Shown here piece by piece: positions 1 to 16,725 of a stretch of DNA of 64,000 bases. Each line of letters starts with the position of its first letter. The first letter of the stretch is position 1. Under the pieces are notes generated by a model. That model made no database searches and was not told the origin of the DNA. It worked only from the letters and a program-made list of their open reading frames with translations. The translations under genes were made by a program, and so were the position numbers. This DNA comes from Takakia lepidozioides. Its lineage: Eukaryota; Plantae; Bryophyta. The stretch spans positions 18,104,001 to 18,168,000 of the forward strand of contig CM060731.1 in NCBI GenBank assembly GCA_030704615.1. The letters run 5' to 3'.

Positions 1-842
1 TCACAACCATAGTGATGTTGCCTCCCAATACAAACAGTAAGTGGCAACCTATGGATGCAGGAATCATAAGATGTTTCAAAGCTCATTACAAAAAGCTTTT
101 TATTCATCATCAAATTGAGAGTTTAATGGCCGATAGAGCTCCCGCGGTTGATGCATACCAAACTGTCCAGATGGTTGAGCAAGCATGGAGCATCCATGTA
201 AGTTGTGATACCATTAGGCATTGTTGGAGGCAATGTGGTTTGTTTCAAATGCCGAACCTGAATGGGCTCTCCGGAACGGAGATTGGTGATGCTTCTGGAT
301 GAAGTACAAATGTAGAGTTGGATGAAATTGATGGACTTTTGTATCAGTTCGCTGAGCTTTCCGTCCTTCATGGTGTTGAGGCTCCGACCATGATGCCTTG
401 GAGTTTCTTAATTTTGAGGCTCAGTTTGATTTAAACGAGCCATTTCAACCAAACGATGATGAGATTTGGGACGTGGTTGGTCCAACGGAAGAAGTCGAGG
501 AACACGACGAAGAGGAAATTTTAATTCCACAAGAGTCCGCAGTATTATTTTCAAAAGTTAATGCCGCACCACATACTATTCAGCTTTATATCAAAATGTT
601 ATCAATTCAAAAAGAATTGCACACCGCTAGGACATCCAATTCTAGACAAACGGACCTTTTTTCTTACTTAAATTTAAATTAATGTGTAAATGTTACTTTC
701 CATCTAGTGGACCTCGTTTAAGTGTGACCTTTATAATTGTTAGGGTGGGATATTTTTCCCTCCTTTAGGGTTAGTTGTTATATATCTGTAAATGTTATGT
801 TTTCCTTACTCTCCATGCATAACATTTAAAGAGGGCCGACTG
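1..842 (+). mobile_element. 3' part of a pogo/Tigger-like (Tc1-mariner, DDE_1) DNA transposon, degenerate
   Basis: ORF 12-302 LPPNTNSKWQPMDAGIIRCFKAHY matches the DDE_1/CENP-B-type signature LPxNxTSxxQPxDxGII; an acidic tail follows (398-682). The element ends ...GAGGGCCGACTG followed by TA (843-844), as pogo elements do. Confidence 0.75.
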
Positions 843-2260
843 TACAGTGCCTGTCTGGATTGGTAATGTATATACTCCAGGAAGATGTGCGGCGTCAGAG
901 AGAAATATGGGCACATGTGAAGATGAAAGCCTACAGCAGAAACAACATCACATTCATGTGTGTGCCAGAGAGGGTCAGGTGCACCAGTCCCTTCCTCCAG
1001 TCCAATTAAGTCTTGTATGTAGTTAGCAGTGGCATCTCTTCAACCTTATGGGGAACCTGTTGGGCCAATCCAAACTTTCTCTTTTGCCAACAGATATTGA
1101 GGGCTGAAATATGAGAGGCATAGCTTCATTGCACAAGTATCTTGACTGAGCTGCCTCTGGTAGGTATGTGGATCAAGGGCTTGGAAGATAACAGCAGGGG
1201 AGGGAGGGAGGAGGTGAGGCAGAAGAGAGGACCGTGACAGTCAAAAGTGACAGAAGACAGTAGTTCACGAAACTCAGGAGTTGAGAAATTAAGCACGAGA
1301 TGGGTGGAAGGGGCTTGGAGGTGTAAGACAAAAGAGGACTTTCTGTGTGGTATTCTGTGCTCATAAATGAGAAAGTAAGAAAAAAGGAATGTTTGGAAAG
1401 AGAGCAATATACTTCAATACGTATGTGTGAATATACAGATATCGATGTATATTAAGTCATTTCTTCTGAAGTTGCTTCGTCTCTTCACTTTGGCAATGTG
1501 GCCCTCATGAAGCTGGGTGGCGGGTCCGGCGATAGGGACATAGTAACACACTAGACCTACCCATAAACGCCCTAAGGCACAGAATAGGGATGTACTCATC
1601 TGAACATATATGCTATAGACTTTAAGCTAGCACGAAGGGAAGTTAAGGAGGGTAGAATGGCTGTCAGTCAGTACCTCACACATGGGTTTCTCCTCCCAAG
1701 ACCAGCATCAATTAAAGTGAGGACATGCAAAATTATCCATGCTAAAGTGAACAAGAAGCTTCAAGATGGCGTTACAGATGCAAGCAAACATATGCAAGCA
1801 ATTTTTCTTTCATTGGAAACTAACTCAAATCACAAGTAAAACCTACTTACAAGGGGGCCGAGCAGAGTGGCACATGTGAGTGCCAGTCTCCATGATCCTA
1901 CGGGCAAATGATCTGTGTCCCAGATCTGGTGGGAACTAATGAGCAACTTCAAATTCAGAATGTCCTGCCTGACAGCAATGTGGAGAGAGGTCGTGTGAAA
2001 CAAATATACAGATGGCAGCCAGCTGGAGATCAGGAAAGAGTCAACCTTCAAGAACCTAGGGTTCATCCTCATGTCATCATGTACCAGTGTCGGAAGTCAA
2101 ATTTAGTTTCATATTTGTGTCTAGCTTTACATCAAAGTAGGTTACCTCCATTTGGTTTGCAACCTACCAGGAGAGAGTGCCTGGACCTTTGCCCAGGTAT
2201 TCAACTCACAATTAAACGTTGAGCAACGAGAGAAACCTCAAACTCAATTGGAATTCCACA

Positions 2261-4530
2261 TCATTGTGAGATAATGAGGCGCAATATCTTCCCCGAAAAC
2301 TTGAAAGAAAGCTCTGTCTCCTCCAAACAATGATTCTTTTCCTCCCGTGTCCAGCCCTGAAACAGAGTGAAAAGATAAGATCAAATCAAATTTCTTTGAC
2401 TTCCGTAAAACAATTCAAGTTATAAATTCGGAAAGATGAATGTCATTGCAATCTCTCTCAACTGACAAGCAGGTTCATATCCAAGAGAACATGTGACAAA
2501 TTACAGCAAGCCCTCAACCACGCTCTCTGTTGCTGACAGATGAAACTCATCATTGAGTTCAGAGAAGGGTATTCAACAGCTGAGTAGGCAAGTTACAGGT
2601 GCTTGTTGACACAAAAGATTTCCCTGTATACTTATCCATACATGTCCAAAATATTTATCTTCCCGTACAGTGATGTGAAGAAAAACAGATTCTAAAAACT
2701 GTTGCTTGCTTTGGCATGCGGCCCTTATACATGCATCCTTCCAGTGATGTGAAGTACAGTAAGAACACATAATCAGAACTCCAGCAAAATAAGACATGCA
2801 TATTTGAGGTTTGGAGAAGAATTTCCACCCACACAACACGGACAATGGGATTATTCCTCACCTCTGCAACCTTGTTCAGAGTTGCCTTGACAGCAGCCAG
2901 CAACTCAGGAAGCTCCTTGTCCCACTTGTAAAACTCCAGCTCCCTTCCATCCAATATCATTTCTGCCACCTGTGCCCACCTCACTCTGCTTAACCCTCTG
3001 ACTGCTCAGATAGACTGTTGTAAACTGCTATTTAATAAAAGTTGAGTAACCCAATTACCTAGATACCTTGGGAGAGGGGTGACACAAATACATGCTAATG
3101 AACACTGCTAAAAGAATATTTAGCTACATCTCACAGCAGGATTCTAAACCTTAATCTCAGGATGAGGTAGAAATAATACCTTCTTCCCAATGAATCGACC
3201 GCCAGCTGAATGCGCAAAATAGACATTGTAAAAATGGCAAATGAAAGCAGGAACATCCTTCTCTGACAGTTCGGTCAACAACTCTGCATATGATGTTCCG
3301 GCATTCCCCGGCTCTGGAATCCTGTGGCCTTGGCTCTGAAACCATGCCAAATCTTTAGCCAACCTTTCAGAGCGTTCCAGGCCCGTGTTTCTGAATTCTG
3401 CATCTGCAGTCAGCAGCACATCTTCATGTCATCAAGATCCCTACAACGCCCTACCAGTCCCAAGAAATTTGCCTGTATCCGCTCAAGACTCAAGAGTGCT
3501 GCGACAGTGCCAGGTAGCAGTACTGGAATGTGATAGAAGCTGAAATTGGCTTAAGCCAGAGCACCAGTCAAAAGACCAGCCATGAGGTGTGGAAGTCATT
3601 TACCGAAAAATCTGACATCTAATAACGTGACAGTGTATACTTCTAAGCACCGTAATGGGGCGTTATGGCTCAATAACCACTTGCATGTGCGTGTTTCCCC
3701 ATACAATTCATGTCAGAAAAGATCTAACTTGAAAACAGTACAGTCTCTACTCTAGTAACGGGATGTACCTTTAGCGGATGGGAGGAAGGAGAATTAAGGA
3801 AAAAAGAGTAAAAGCAACACAGGCACTTTCCTCTTTCAGCTCCACAAAGGTCCCCGCACAAACTGGTCATAAAGAATGCCCTCCCTAAGCCACCTAATAA
3901 TTCAGTCTGCAACTTGCAAACTTCCGCAACAGAGAAAAGGGTCTTACACGAAGGGTGGGAAGCTTTGGCAACAACAGTTTCCATGGTATCATACACCACC
4001 TTGCTATTCACCAGGAACTTGAGATAGCCGTCAATCGACGGCTCCCACTTGGCCACCGGCTGCACGTCTGCCTGCTTCTCCCCCTCCTTTGATTGGTCCT
4101 TGGTATGCAATTTCATGGCCACAAAGCGCATCTCTTCCACGAATCCTTTAGCTTCTCCTGGATACCTTGTCTTGGGCTTTTCCGGCGCCGCGGACTCTGC
4201 TCGCACTTTCAGTCGACCGACAGACGCCGACGTGCTTGCGCTCTCGAACCCTAGCCCTTGCAATCTTCCCAAATGGTATGAGCTTTGGTGTCGGAGCTCT
4301 ATGGCTATCGCCCGCAAATCCCGACCATAATTTGTTACGAAGTGCAGACCGCTGCTTGACCTAGACCCTCCTCTTTGAAGGGGTGAAGCCCGCTCTCTCA
4401 GGCATGCAACGGCAGGCGCCGCCCTTGAGCAGCAGCTGTCTGTGGCCCTTTGGCAAGCAGGTTGCGTGTGCTTGGAGTTTGAAGGCCCTACATTCAAGCA
4501 TAACGCAAGCTCCCCCACAGAAAGTGCCAT
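2261..4530 (-). CDS. HO1: Plastid heme oxygenase 1 (biliverdin-forming), 4 exons: 4530-3948, 3403-3180, 2969-2862, 2356-2261; ~336 aa
   Basis: Motifs [46 protein letters not shown] and [13 protein letters not shown]. All three introns are GT-AG with matching phases, the spliced length is 1011 nt ending in TGA, and the N-terminus looks like a transit peptide. Confidence 0.95.
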
Positions 4531-5189
4531 CTCAATCAAACGACGAAAGGATTGCAAACGCGATAGAATCCACCTTCCAAGCAAATAACAACAGAGAAAT
4601 CAACCATACAAATGAATGAAGCTCAGTGAGAAACAGCCGATGCTGCTGACGACGTTCAGCTCGATAGTAGAACGAGAAATTTTTCAATCAGAAACAAAAT
4701 AAAGAAGAGATGAATCTGAGACAAATAGTGGTGGTGCGTGCAAATGGAGCGAGAGATAGCAAGGGCCGCAGTGCAGAGAGAGTGACCGGGGTGCGTGCAC
4801 GCCAGCTCCCGCTGCCTTTGCAAGACACTCCACCGGCTCCTTATCCCCCCCTCGTTACTTATATGTGCTCCGTTAGGGTGCCCCCGTTAGTTAGCGGTTG
4901 TTGTTGGTGCTTTTGTTCTTTTGTTGGGCTTGCAAACAACACAATCATAGATCATATGGAACAGGGACCCTTATTTTTATTTTATTTTTACAGGGACCTT
5001 GTTTGCAAAGTGTCCAGGAAACCCAAAAACGGACCCCTGTGTTTACCACATGTCATTTTTCGTGTTTTGACCAGCGTTGCCACGGTGTGTAAGGTATTAA
5101 ATTCTGGTATGTGCACAAGTATATCAAAGACCCTACCCACCTAATATCAACCAAGAGACATACCCCGGTTATGAACAGGTTGCCCCCAA

Positions 5190-5345
5190 TAAATCCAGTG
5201 GTAATGGGCACATACCACATTGGATGTGGTTGTGGGTTCAAACCACGGTTTGAGGTGTCATGAAGGTGTCCTCTTTTCAGCTGGAAGGTAGTAGCCCTTG
5301 TGGTGAAGTGACACCATAAGTTACGCTCCCTTGGGGAGGCGTCAT
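5190..5345 (+). mobile_element. tRNA-headed SINE-like repeat (copy 1)
   Basis: A-box-like CAGTGGTAATGG and B-box-like GGTTCAAACC; the body (AAGGTGTCC...GGAAGGTAGTAGCCCTT...CATAAGTTACGCT) is similar to 57355-57505. Confidence 0.5.
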
Positions 5346-6388
5346 ACATCATAGCTGCGGTGGCACTCCTTCAATGTTCAATGTAGTGGCTATTAATGCA
5401 ATTGACTTCATCTAACACTGAATCAACTTGCAATCACTGTATTGTTCTACTTAGAGACACTTACAATTTTACGTTTTTGTTACTACAAAAAGAATTCTTT
5501 GATTTGAAGTATCTATTTGGGAGTTCTGTTAGAGCATGACCAGTAGCAGGGTTTTTTGGCGCCCTATCTTCAAAATAGTGTGGCCACCAAGGGATCCGGC
5601 AGCACATTCTCGTACTTCAAAATGGTGACCCTCACCAGATTTCGTCCCACTCCCGCACTATCTACCGCGAGCTTGGAGAGCGGCATTCTCCCGCACAACC
5701 ACAGGATCCGCTGCCCTTGCCAACAACTCCATGGTCAAATGGATTGGGAGTTTTCTTCTTGCTACCACCTCGAACAGCCCAGGTGGCGGGGCCCATGGTC
5801 CATGATCTGCCACCTCAGCCTCGCGCCATTACTCTACGCCAAGCATTAGATGGGGCCTGGAGTTGAATGCGAGGGAGCCGGTTCAGCCAGCGTGGACCCC
5901 CGCCACCCCACGGCCACCCCCGCCTCCATCGCCCGCACACCGCGCGGGCGCTGCCGTGCGACACGCCCTCCCGCGCCTCATGTTCCCGCTTGCCAGGACA
6001 TGAGTCGTGCCCTCTCCCGCATCCCCATCCCTCCTCCCATCCTGCCCTCATGCATGGCATCGCCCTCATCCCCCATGCATGCCTTCATCCTCGCCATGCT
6101 ACATGGTATCCCAATGCCCACTTTCAAAAATCGTGTCGGTTGCTTAGCTGCTCCTGGTCGTTTTCAGAGACCACTCCAAAATCTCCACACTGTAGACATA
6201 AGTTGGTTTAGCATCTATGTACATTTGGACATGGTATGTCCTCGTTGTGGAGAGTCCAATGGAGCCCAAAGCGACCAGCATGAATGTTGTTGAAAGCTCA
6301 CTAGCACCCCTTCGTAAAGGAACTTGTCAAAATGTTGATGCTGCGGATTTTCGGGCACAAAAGTCTACCTTGGAGCACGGAGCGGAGC

Positions 6389-6442
6389 TGGCATGAGTTC
6401 TTTAAAGATCCTTCACGATGGAGGGACAACCGTAATCGCAAG
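6389..6442 (+). pseudogene. Captured exon end encoding the first half of an OSB-type PDF motif (WHEFFKDPSRWRDNRNRK); inverted copy at 14995-15048
   Basis: Resembles WxxFFxNPxxWWDNRxxK of organellar ssDNA-binding (OSB) PDF motifs and ends at AAG|GTGTGG, a possible phase-0 donor. Confidence 0.7.
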
Positions 6443-6792
6443 GTGTGGCTTTCTCTTAATGTATGAGGTGAAGAAGTTTGGCTGAACGAAATGTGGTGTC
6501 ATGGAACGCGATGATCGTAGGATATGCACAGCACGGGTGTGGGATGGAGGCTTTGGAGACCTACGAGCAAATGATGTGCGGATGGGCTTCAGAAGGACAT
6601 AATGCAGAGCTACACCACATGACAATGTCTGATGATTATGACTGTTTGGATTGTTTATAGATATGTTTTTGTTTTTGGTGGAGTGCTTGGAGGTCGAGTT
6701 TCTTTTGTATATGCGGCTTCCATTACCTGGTTTGTGGTTTGAGGTTTGTACTTACCATGAAGAGGGAGTGAACAACATGAACTGATCAATGA

Positions 6793-7082
<290 letters not shown>

Positions 7083-7599
7083 ATTGGTGGTTCGTGGAGA
7101 TATCATGTTCTGAATGCCCAACCCTGCCTCCCTGCCTTGTCCCCAAATATTTCAGTATGGCAGGGCCTGTGACATGAATTGAGACCATTTGAGTTAAAGC
7201 AAGGAAATAGTCTGTTCATATAAACTTACAGTACAAATCAACATAATAGTGAAGAGTACTTTTTACTAGATTGCAACTGGATGTGAAAATACATCTTTTT
7301 GTAAGGAGGGTGATTGTTCACTTGCCTTTCGTGTTCCAGGATGTAGAGGTTGCTTGGTGCATGCGACAAGCTTTTTGGTAGCCATCGTGAATGCGTTGTT
7401 GGCATGTGAAAGGAGAGGAACAATACAGACACTCCTTTCTTGTGGAATTGCAATAGGTACATTCAAAGCACATGTGCTACATCTGGAGAGGGATTATATG
7501 AAGGTCTTGAATGGCTCTCAAGCAACATTGCCAATAAGGTAAGGTGTAAAGTTATGTGTATCAAGACTAACTCTGTTATCTAAGCTTTAACTTCCGCAA

Positions 7600-9155
7600 G
7601 CATGGAACCTTGGAAACTTGTGGTTAAGACCTGGAGTAACCATATCATGGTTGTTTGCGTTTGCAATGCGTGTGCGAGCCTGGAAGCCTTGGAAAAGGGC
7701 AAAGTGGTCCATGGTGATATCGTCGAAACTGGAATAGTACCAGACGTCATTCTGAACACATGCCTTGCTGGATATATATGCCAAATGTGGGAGTATTGAA
7801 GATGCAAAAGGAGTGTTTGGATGGCTGAATGAAATGTGGTATCATGGAACGCGATTTTCGCAGGATATGCACAACATGGGTGTGGGATGGAGGCTTTGGA
7901 GACCTATGAGAAAATGATGCGCAGAGGGGTGAAGCCCAACCATATAACGTTTGTTTGTGTTTGCATATGCGTGTGCGAGCATGGCAACCTTGGAAAAGGG
8001 CAAAGAGGTCCATGGTGATATTGTCAAAGCTGGAAGAGGCTTTTCGTTACTTCCGAAGTATGCAACAAGAAGGCTTGAAGCCCAACAAGGTCACCTTCAT
8101 GAGCATCCTCAATGCATGTGCTGCGGCTATGGAACAAGGCGAGCGGGTCCATGCCAAAATCAAGATAGCTAGATTTGAGTCAGATCTCCAAGTAAGCAAA
8201 TGCTTTTGTCAGCATGTATTGCAAGTGTAGGAGTATATAGTGAATGCACACCAAGTTTTTGACAATATGCATACACAATATGTGATTGCATGGACTGCGA
8301 TGATTGCAGGACTACCTAAGGAAGGGCATCGCGGAGAGGCAATCGAATACTCTTAGCAAATGCAACAGACACGCGTGAAGCCTAACAAGGTCACCGTTAT
8401 GAGCATCCTGAAAGCATGTGGCAACCGGGAACAAGGCAAGTATTTCCATGCGAGCATCATCAAGGCTGGATTTGAGTCAGATCTCCTTATGGGCACTGCC
8501 CTTGTCAGCATGTACTGCAAGTGTGGGGATGTGGTGGATGCAAGCCAAGTGTTTGACAAAATGCCCGAAGGAGATGTGTTCTCATGGAATATGATCATTT
8601 CAGGGTCAACTCAGCAAGGACGTGGTGCGCAAGCATTTGATTTCTATTAGCAAATGCAAAGAGAAGGTGTCAAGCCTGACCAGATCACTTTCATTAGTAT
8701 CCTTAGCGCATGCTCCAAGTTAGCGGCGCCCTTGCATGAAGGTAGGAAGGTCCATGACCACGTGGTCAATTCTGGATTTGAGTCAGATGTCTTAGTGGGT
8801 ACTACTCTTATGTCGTATGCCAAGTGCGGGAGTCTCGGGGATGCAAGACAAGTGTTTGACAAAATTATTGGAAAGAACACAGCATCATGGAATGTTATGA
8901 TTGTAGGATATCCCCAGCATGGTTTGGGTACTAAGGCCCTAAAACTCTTTGAAGGGATGCAACAGGAAGGGGTGAAACAGACCAACGTCACTTTTATTGG
9001 AATCCTCTCTGCATGCAGTCATGGCGGGCCTACTAGATGAGGGCTATCATCACTTCCATTCTATGAGTCAAGTTCATGGTATCACACCAACAAAGTTGCC
9101 TTATGGTTACATGGTTGACCTTCTTGGCCGTGCATGGCGTTTGGATGAAGCAGAC
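7600..9155 (+). pseudogene. PLS-class PPR pseudogene (through the S2/E1 region)
   Basis: Repeats such as VSWNAIFAGYAQHG, KPNKVTVMSILKAC, ALVSMYCKCG and YGYMVDLLGRA, with multiple stops and frameshifts. Confidence 0.9.
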
Positions 9156-12100
9156 TTTAGTGTTGTACAGAACAGGAGCCTCTGTGAGTTTTGCGGGAAG
9201 TCAGTGACTCTTTGGGCATGAAAGAGCCTTGAATCCTGTGTAATCTGATGGCCACTCTGTTCTTGCAGCAACTATGTGGGTAGCCTTCATGCACCCATAA
9301 AAGGTTTTTAACTGATTTATTTGACAAAATGTAGCATGTTTGGTTTTCCTTGCTTCCACCGAGATATCATGCTTGTGTTCATGATATGCATGCTATGTCT
9401 TTGTCACTACCTGAGAGAACCACTTATGGAATTCCATCCTCCAATTCGAGAACTATATCTAACTTAGTTGTTGTGGATTACTTTAAAATAATGTTTGTTA
9501 ATGTAGCTCCCTTAGTGCTCTAATGCCAAATCATCTATTCGTTATCATCTTCCTTGTGCTCTATCTGAAGATGATAAACTTTCTCTTGCCTCCCCTTATG
9601 ACAAACTTGTTGAGATTCTTGTCACTTTGAAAGCACCACAATATGCTAATTATAGAGTTATTTAAGGCTAAGTGGTTAACCAAAGAGAATTTTTCCTTAA
9701 CATGGCCGATGACATCTTCACTTGACACTCGGGTTTGCGTCTCTCACAGGGCCCCTCATTTCTGGAACGCAATCACCCTACCATTTCCAAGTGCATTTGC
9801 AACCCAAGTGGAGTCCATAAAACTTCATGTGTGCTTACATATGTCCAATTAGTTGCGAGTGCCGGAATTTCCCTATAGGGTCATGTGACATAAGGATGTG
9901 AAGATGCTTAAGAACAATATACGTTGGGCTGCTCATGGCTTGGACTGGCATGCAACAGTCTCATGGATAGGGCATGGTTGCCTGCATGATTGTTTTTACA
10001 TGCAAGTTGGAGAGCCACCGCATCTTTGGGATGAATGAACCATCATGGATGAAGATTAGAAGTTATCATACTATGAATGAAAACACATGCAGAAAGTAGG
10101 AGTGCATATGTGCATATAGTGCCTGTACAAGGGAATGATGTCATGAATGGTATCATGAAACCATAAAAGCGTAATACCATTCCCATCCCAAATGGAAGGA
10201 AAGCATGCATGCAAGGTTTGAGATGGAAGTTGGATACCCACTTTGAAAGAATTATGGATATGCACTCTGTTGCATTCATAAAATTTCCAAAGCATTGAGA
10301 ACGAACCATATAGATGAAGCATGATACGTCATGGAAACAGTAGGATTTCAACTGTTGGCACCAATGTCATTGTGGTAAAATAAGAAACAGGGGAATGTAC
10401 ATAGGATGCACCTTCCCACAATAACAACTTGAACAAACCCCATCTTCAAAGTGATGAAAGCAGATAGCGTCCCGTACAACAATTGCTTGGCCAAAAATCT
10501 TTGAGATGAATTTGGTGGAGGTGTGGCAGTCACCACACACCCGAAGATTGTTGAGGAGACAGGGGCGTCCTAGGGGTCGTGCTGATGAGCCCAAAACCAA
10601 TGGCCAGCTTCTCACTGTGGTGACAAAGAGAAAATTCATTTTGCTCCATGTAATACAAAGTGTGTGTAAGGCACATACCCTGCCTCCTTCATCTGCCCAG
10701 ACAATCTTCTCAGCTTAGCATGGATTTCACTAATTTTGGGATGCAATTTGTCATCTACAACTGTAAAGGTGTGCACCATGTTCCCAACCTCAATACAGCA
10801 GCAACCTGGCTCCTTTTTAACCCCTCTGACCTTCATCATCTCTCTCACCTTTGCACTATCGTTCCACCTGCCAGCTGCAGCATAGATGTTTGATAGCAAC
10901 ACATAAGTCACAGCATCTTGGTCATCCACTTAGAATAGATGTTGCCGCATGTTCAGCCATTGAGCCACATTGCCATGGCTTTTGCAGGCACCAAGCAAGG
11001 CCATCCACACCACCATATTTGGTTCCATTGGCATTTTAGTATTGAGGTCCTTTGCTTCATCCAATTGCCTGCACGTCCAAGAAGGTCCACCATGCAGCCA
11101 AAGTGCTTTACCGTCGGAGTCACGCCGTGATCTGGACTCAGGGAATCGAAGCAGCATCTTTCTTCATCCAGTAGGCCAGCATGGCTGCATGCAGAGAGAA
11201 CATATAGAAAGGCACTACTGAAGCCTTCCTTTTGCATTCGTTCCAATAGTTGCAAGACCTCCCTAGACAACCATGTTGGGCATATCCTACGATCATCGCC
11301 CTCCACGACAGCATACCTTGTTCAGCCATATTGTCAGATACTCCCTTTGCATCCTCAATGCTGACATTTGGCATACATGTCCACCAGGGCAGTGTCCAGA
11401 ATGAAATCTGGTACAATTCCGGCTTTGATGATGTCACCATGCATGGACCTCTTTGCCATTTTCCAGACCTGCCAGGCTTGCACAAGCACACCAGAAGCAC
11501 TGGGGTCAGAAAAGTATTCACTCTACAGCTTCTCCTCATCCCTGTTACCTGTTTCTGGATACTTTCCTATTGTCACATTGGCACATTTGGCATATATGTC
11601 CACGAGGGTATTGCTCAGACTCACATCTGGTACAATTCCAGCTTTGGCGATGCAACCATGCACCTCTTGCCCTTCTCCAGGGCTGCCAAGCTTGCACACG
11701 CACTGCATTTAACACACATAAACGTTATATGTGGTCGGGCTTCACCCCTTCCCCGATCATTTGCTCATAGGTCTCCAAAGCCTCCATCCAGCGCCCCTGC
11801 TGTGCATACCCTGCAAGCATCATGTTCCATGACACCACATCTCGTTCAGCCATACTGTCGAACACTCCCTTCATACATGTCCACGAGGGTATTGTTCAGA
11901 ATGACATGTGGTACAATTGCAGCTTTGACAATGTCGCCATGGAGCTCTTTGCCCTTCTCCAGAGCTGCCAGGCTTGCACACGCATTGCAGACTATCAAAG
12001 GTTCACTCAACCAGTAACTTGCAGAAATCAACATGAAAACTTAAGGCTGATTTCGATAAGAGGGAAAAACAGGGTGAAATGTTTTGAAGAAGGTGCCTTC

Positions 12101-13039
12101 ATTAGCAGTGCCTGATTTTATCAATTGTGCCGCTGTTGCTGCTGATAGCAACACATAAGTCGCGACATCTTGTTCATCCTACTTGAGAATAGATGTTGCA
12201 GCATGTTCAGCCATCTCCACATTGCCACGGATTCTGCAGGCACCTAGTAAGGCCTCCAAACCATAGCATTTGGTTTCATTGGCATTTTGTTAATGAGCTC
12301 CTCTGCCTCATCCAATTGCTCCATGTGTCCAAGAAGGTCCACCATGCAGCCAAAGTGCTTTACTGTCGGAGAGACACCATGATCTTGACTCAGGGAATCA
12401 AAGTAGCATCTTCCTTCATCCAGTAGGCCAGTGTGGCTGCATCCAATTGCCCCATCTGTCCAAGAAGGTCCACCATGCAGCCAAAGTGCTTTACTATCGG
12501 AGAGACACCATGATCTTGACTCAGGGAATCAAAGTAGCGTCTTCTTTCGTCCAGTAGGCCAGTGTGGCTGCATGCAGAGGGAACATATATAAAGGTGATA
12601 TTGTCCGGCTTCAAGCCTTCCGTTTGCATTCCTTCAAATAGTTGCAGGGCTTCCCTATTACAACCAAGTTGGGCATATCTTGCAATCATAGCATTCCAAG
12701 AACACTCCATTTGAATCTTCAATGCTCCCACATTTGGCATACATGTCCACAAGGGTACTATGTAGAATAACATATGGTGACGATGTCACCATGGACCTCT
12801 TTGCCCTTTCCGAGAATAAGCTTGCACATGCCTTGCAAACACAAACAAATGTGATGCGGTCGGGCTTCCCCCCTTCCCACATCATCTGCTCAAAGGTCTC
12901 CAAAGCCTCCATCCCGCGTCCTTGTTGTGCATATCCTGCAATCATCGCATTCCATGACACTTTGTTCAGCCATATTGTCGAACAACCCCTGTGCATCTCC
13001 AATGCTCCCACATTTTTGCATACATGTCCACCAGGGCAG

Positions 13040-15599
<2,560 letters not shown>

Positions 15600-15969
15600 T
15601 TACTCTACTATGATATGGTGGGTTGTTGCTCGAGCTCTTGCCAGCCCACTCACTATCTAGCTTGTGTGCCTCACCCTATGCTTCACTGAAATAGTGATAG
15701 AGCGGCAGTTTAGTGACTGACTGCTCTTAGAACAATGCTTTTATTACCTTAAGCTTTGCTTGTGTCTTATCTAATACCAGACCCAAGATATATGTACCAC
15801 TTGTCATAACATTCTAGAACTAACATGAGAGACTCTCATCTTGGTATGTGCGTTAGTGTAGTATAATAAGGGTTAGTAGCAGGTTGTTGTAAGGCTTGGG
15901 CTTCGTTTATTGGTCTTGGACACAATTAGACAGATTCTGGACATATTAAACATGATGATTAATGTTTAA

Positions 15970-16725
15970 CCCTTAAAGGATGAGCACCATTTTGGTGGGC
16001 CCACTAAAAAAATATGGCATAAACTCATGGATACGGATGTAACATTTTACCCCCAATCATCCATACATACGAACCTTATACTTATGTACATATCTACTCC
16101 ATCCATATCTTGTGAAAGTGTAGTCAATTTGACCATTGCATTTGGGAAATTATATCAAAAATAATTTGTCCCAATTTGTAAATGTATTTTAAGATTGCGT
16201 GGAAAAAATGGTTTGACCACTAAATTCAAGTATCAAGCTGAATTTTCTGAGGCATATGCCATCCATAATCTGATTATATGGCACCTACGGACTCTTTCCC
16301 CCAAAAAAAGCATACCGAAATTCCAAAAACTGAGATAGGTTGCTTCGTATCTGGGGGATAATGTCATGGTTTGGCTTCTTTCCCAAGTACACCCATGAGG
16401 TGATATTTGTTTTCTAATTCCCCTAGTAAGTAAGTTCACACTAACTTTACATAGTGCCTTTGGCATTTGAGACCTGGATGTTATTTTCAAGATTGCCCAT
16501 TTGGCCTGCCATGTGGGCAGGTCAACGGGTTTGGACACTGGATTTCCGGTCCCCCAACACTTTGAAAATTTTTAGGGAGCGGAGCTTGTATTATTTTAGG
16601 GCGCTGTAAAGTCCCACATATGCTTCTCCCTGACATGAGCACTTTACCTTCAGGAATCAATTCCATCCACTGTCATCCATGAAAGTTGGATCGTGGCAAA
16701 AAACTGACGCGTCGTCATTTAGGGG
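15970..16725. mobile_element. Putative piggyBac-like MITE
   Basis: TTAA on both sides (15966-15969 and 16726-16729). Termini CCCTTAAAGGATGA vs reverse complement CCCCTAAATGACGA match at 11/14. Non-coding interior. Confidence 0.5.

Noticed and set aside
3724-4584. 286-aa ORF as the full heme oxygenase
   Set aside because: It starts at a non-ATG codon and reads into intron 1; the real gene starts at 4530 and splices at 3948.
5815-6293. Pro/His-rich ORFs and their mirror at 15143-15591 as genes
   Set aside because: They lie in the GC-rich MULE terminal repeat, are open in several frames and show no recognisable domain.
8350-8660. In-frame TAG stops in PPRs as substrates for U-to-C editing
   Set aside because: Such editing is organellar. 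These are nuclear TE cargo with frameshifts too, and C-to-T decay explains the stops.
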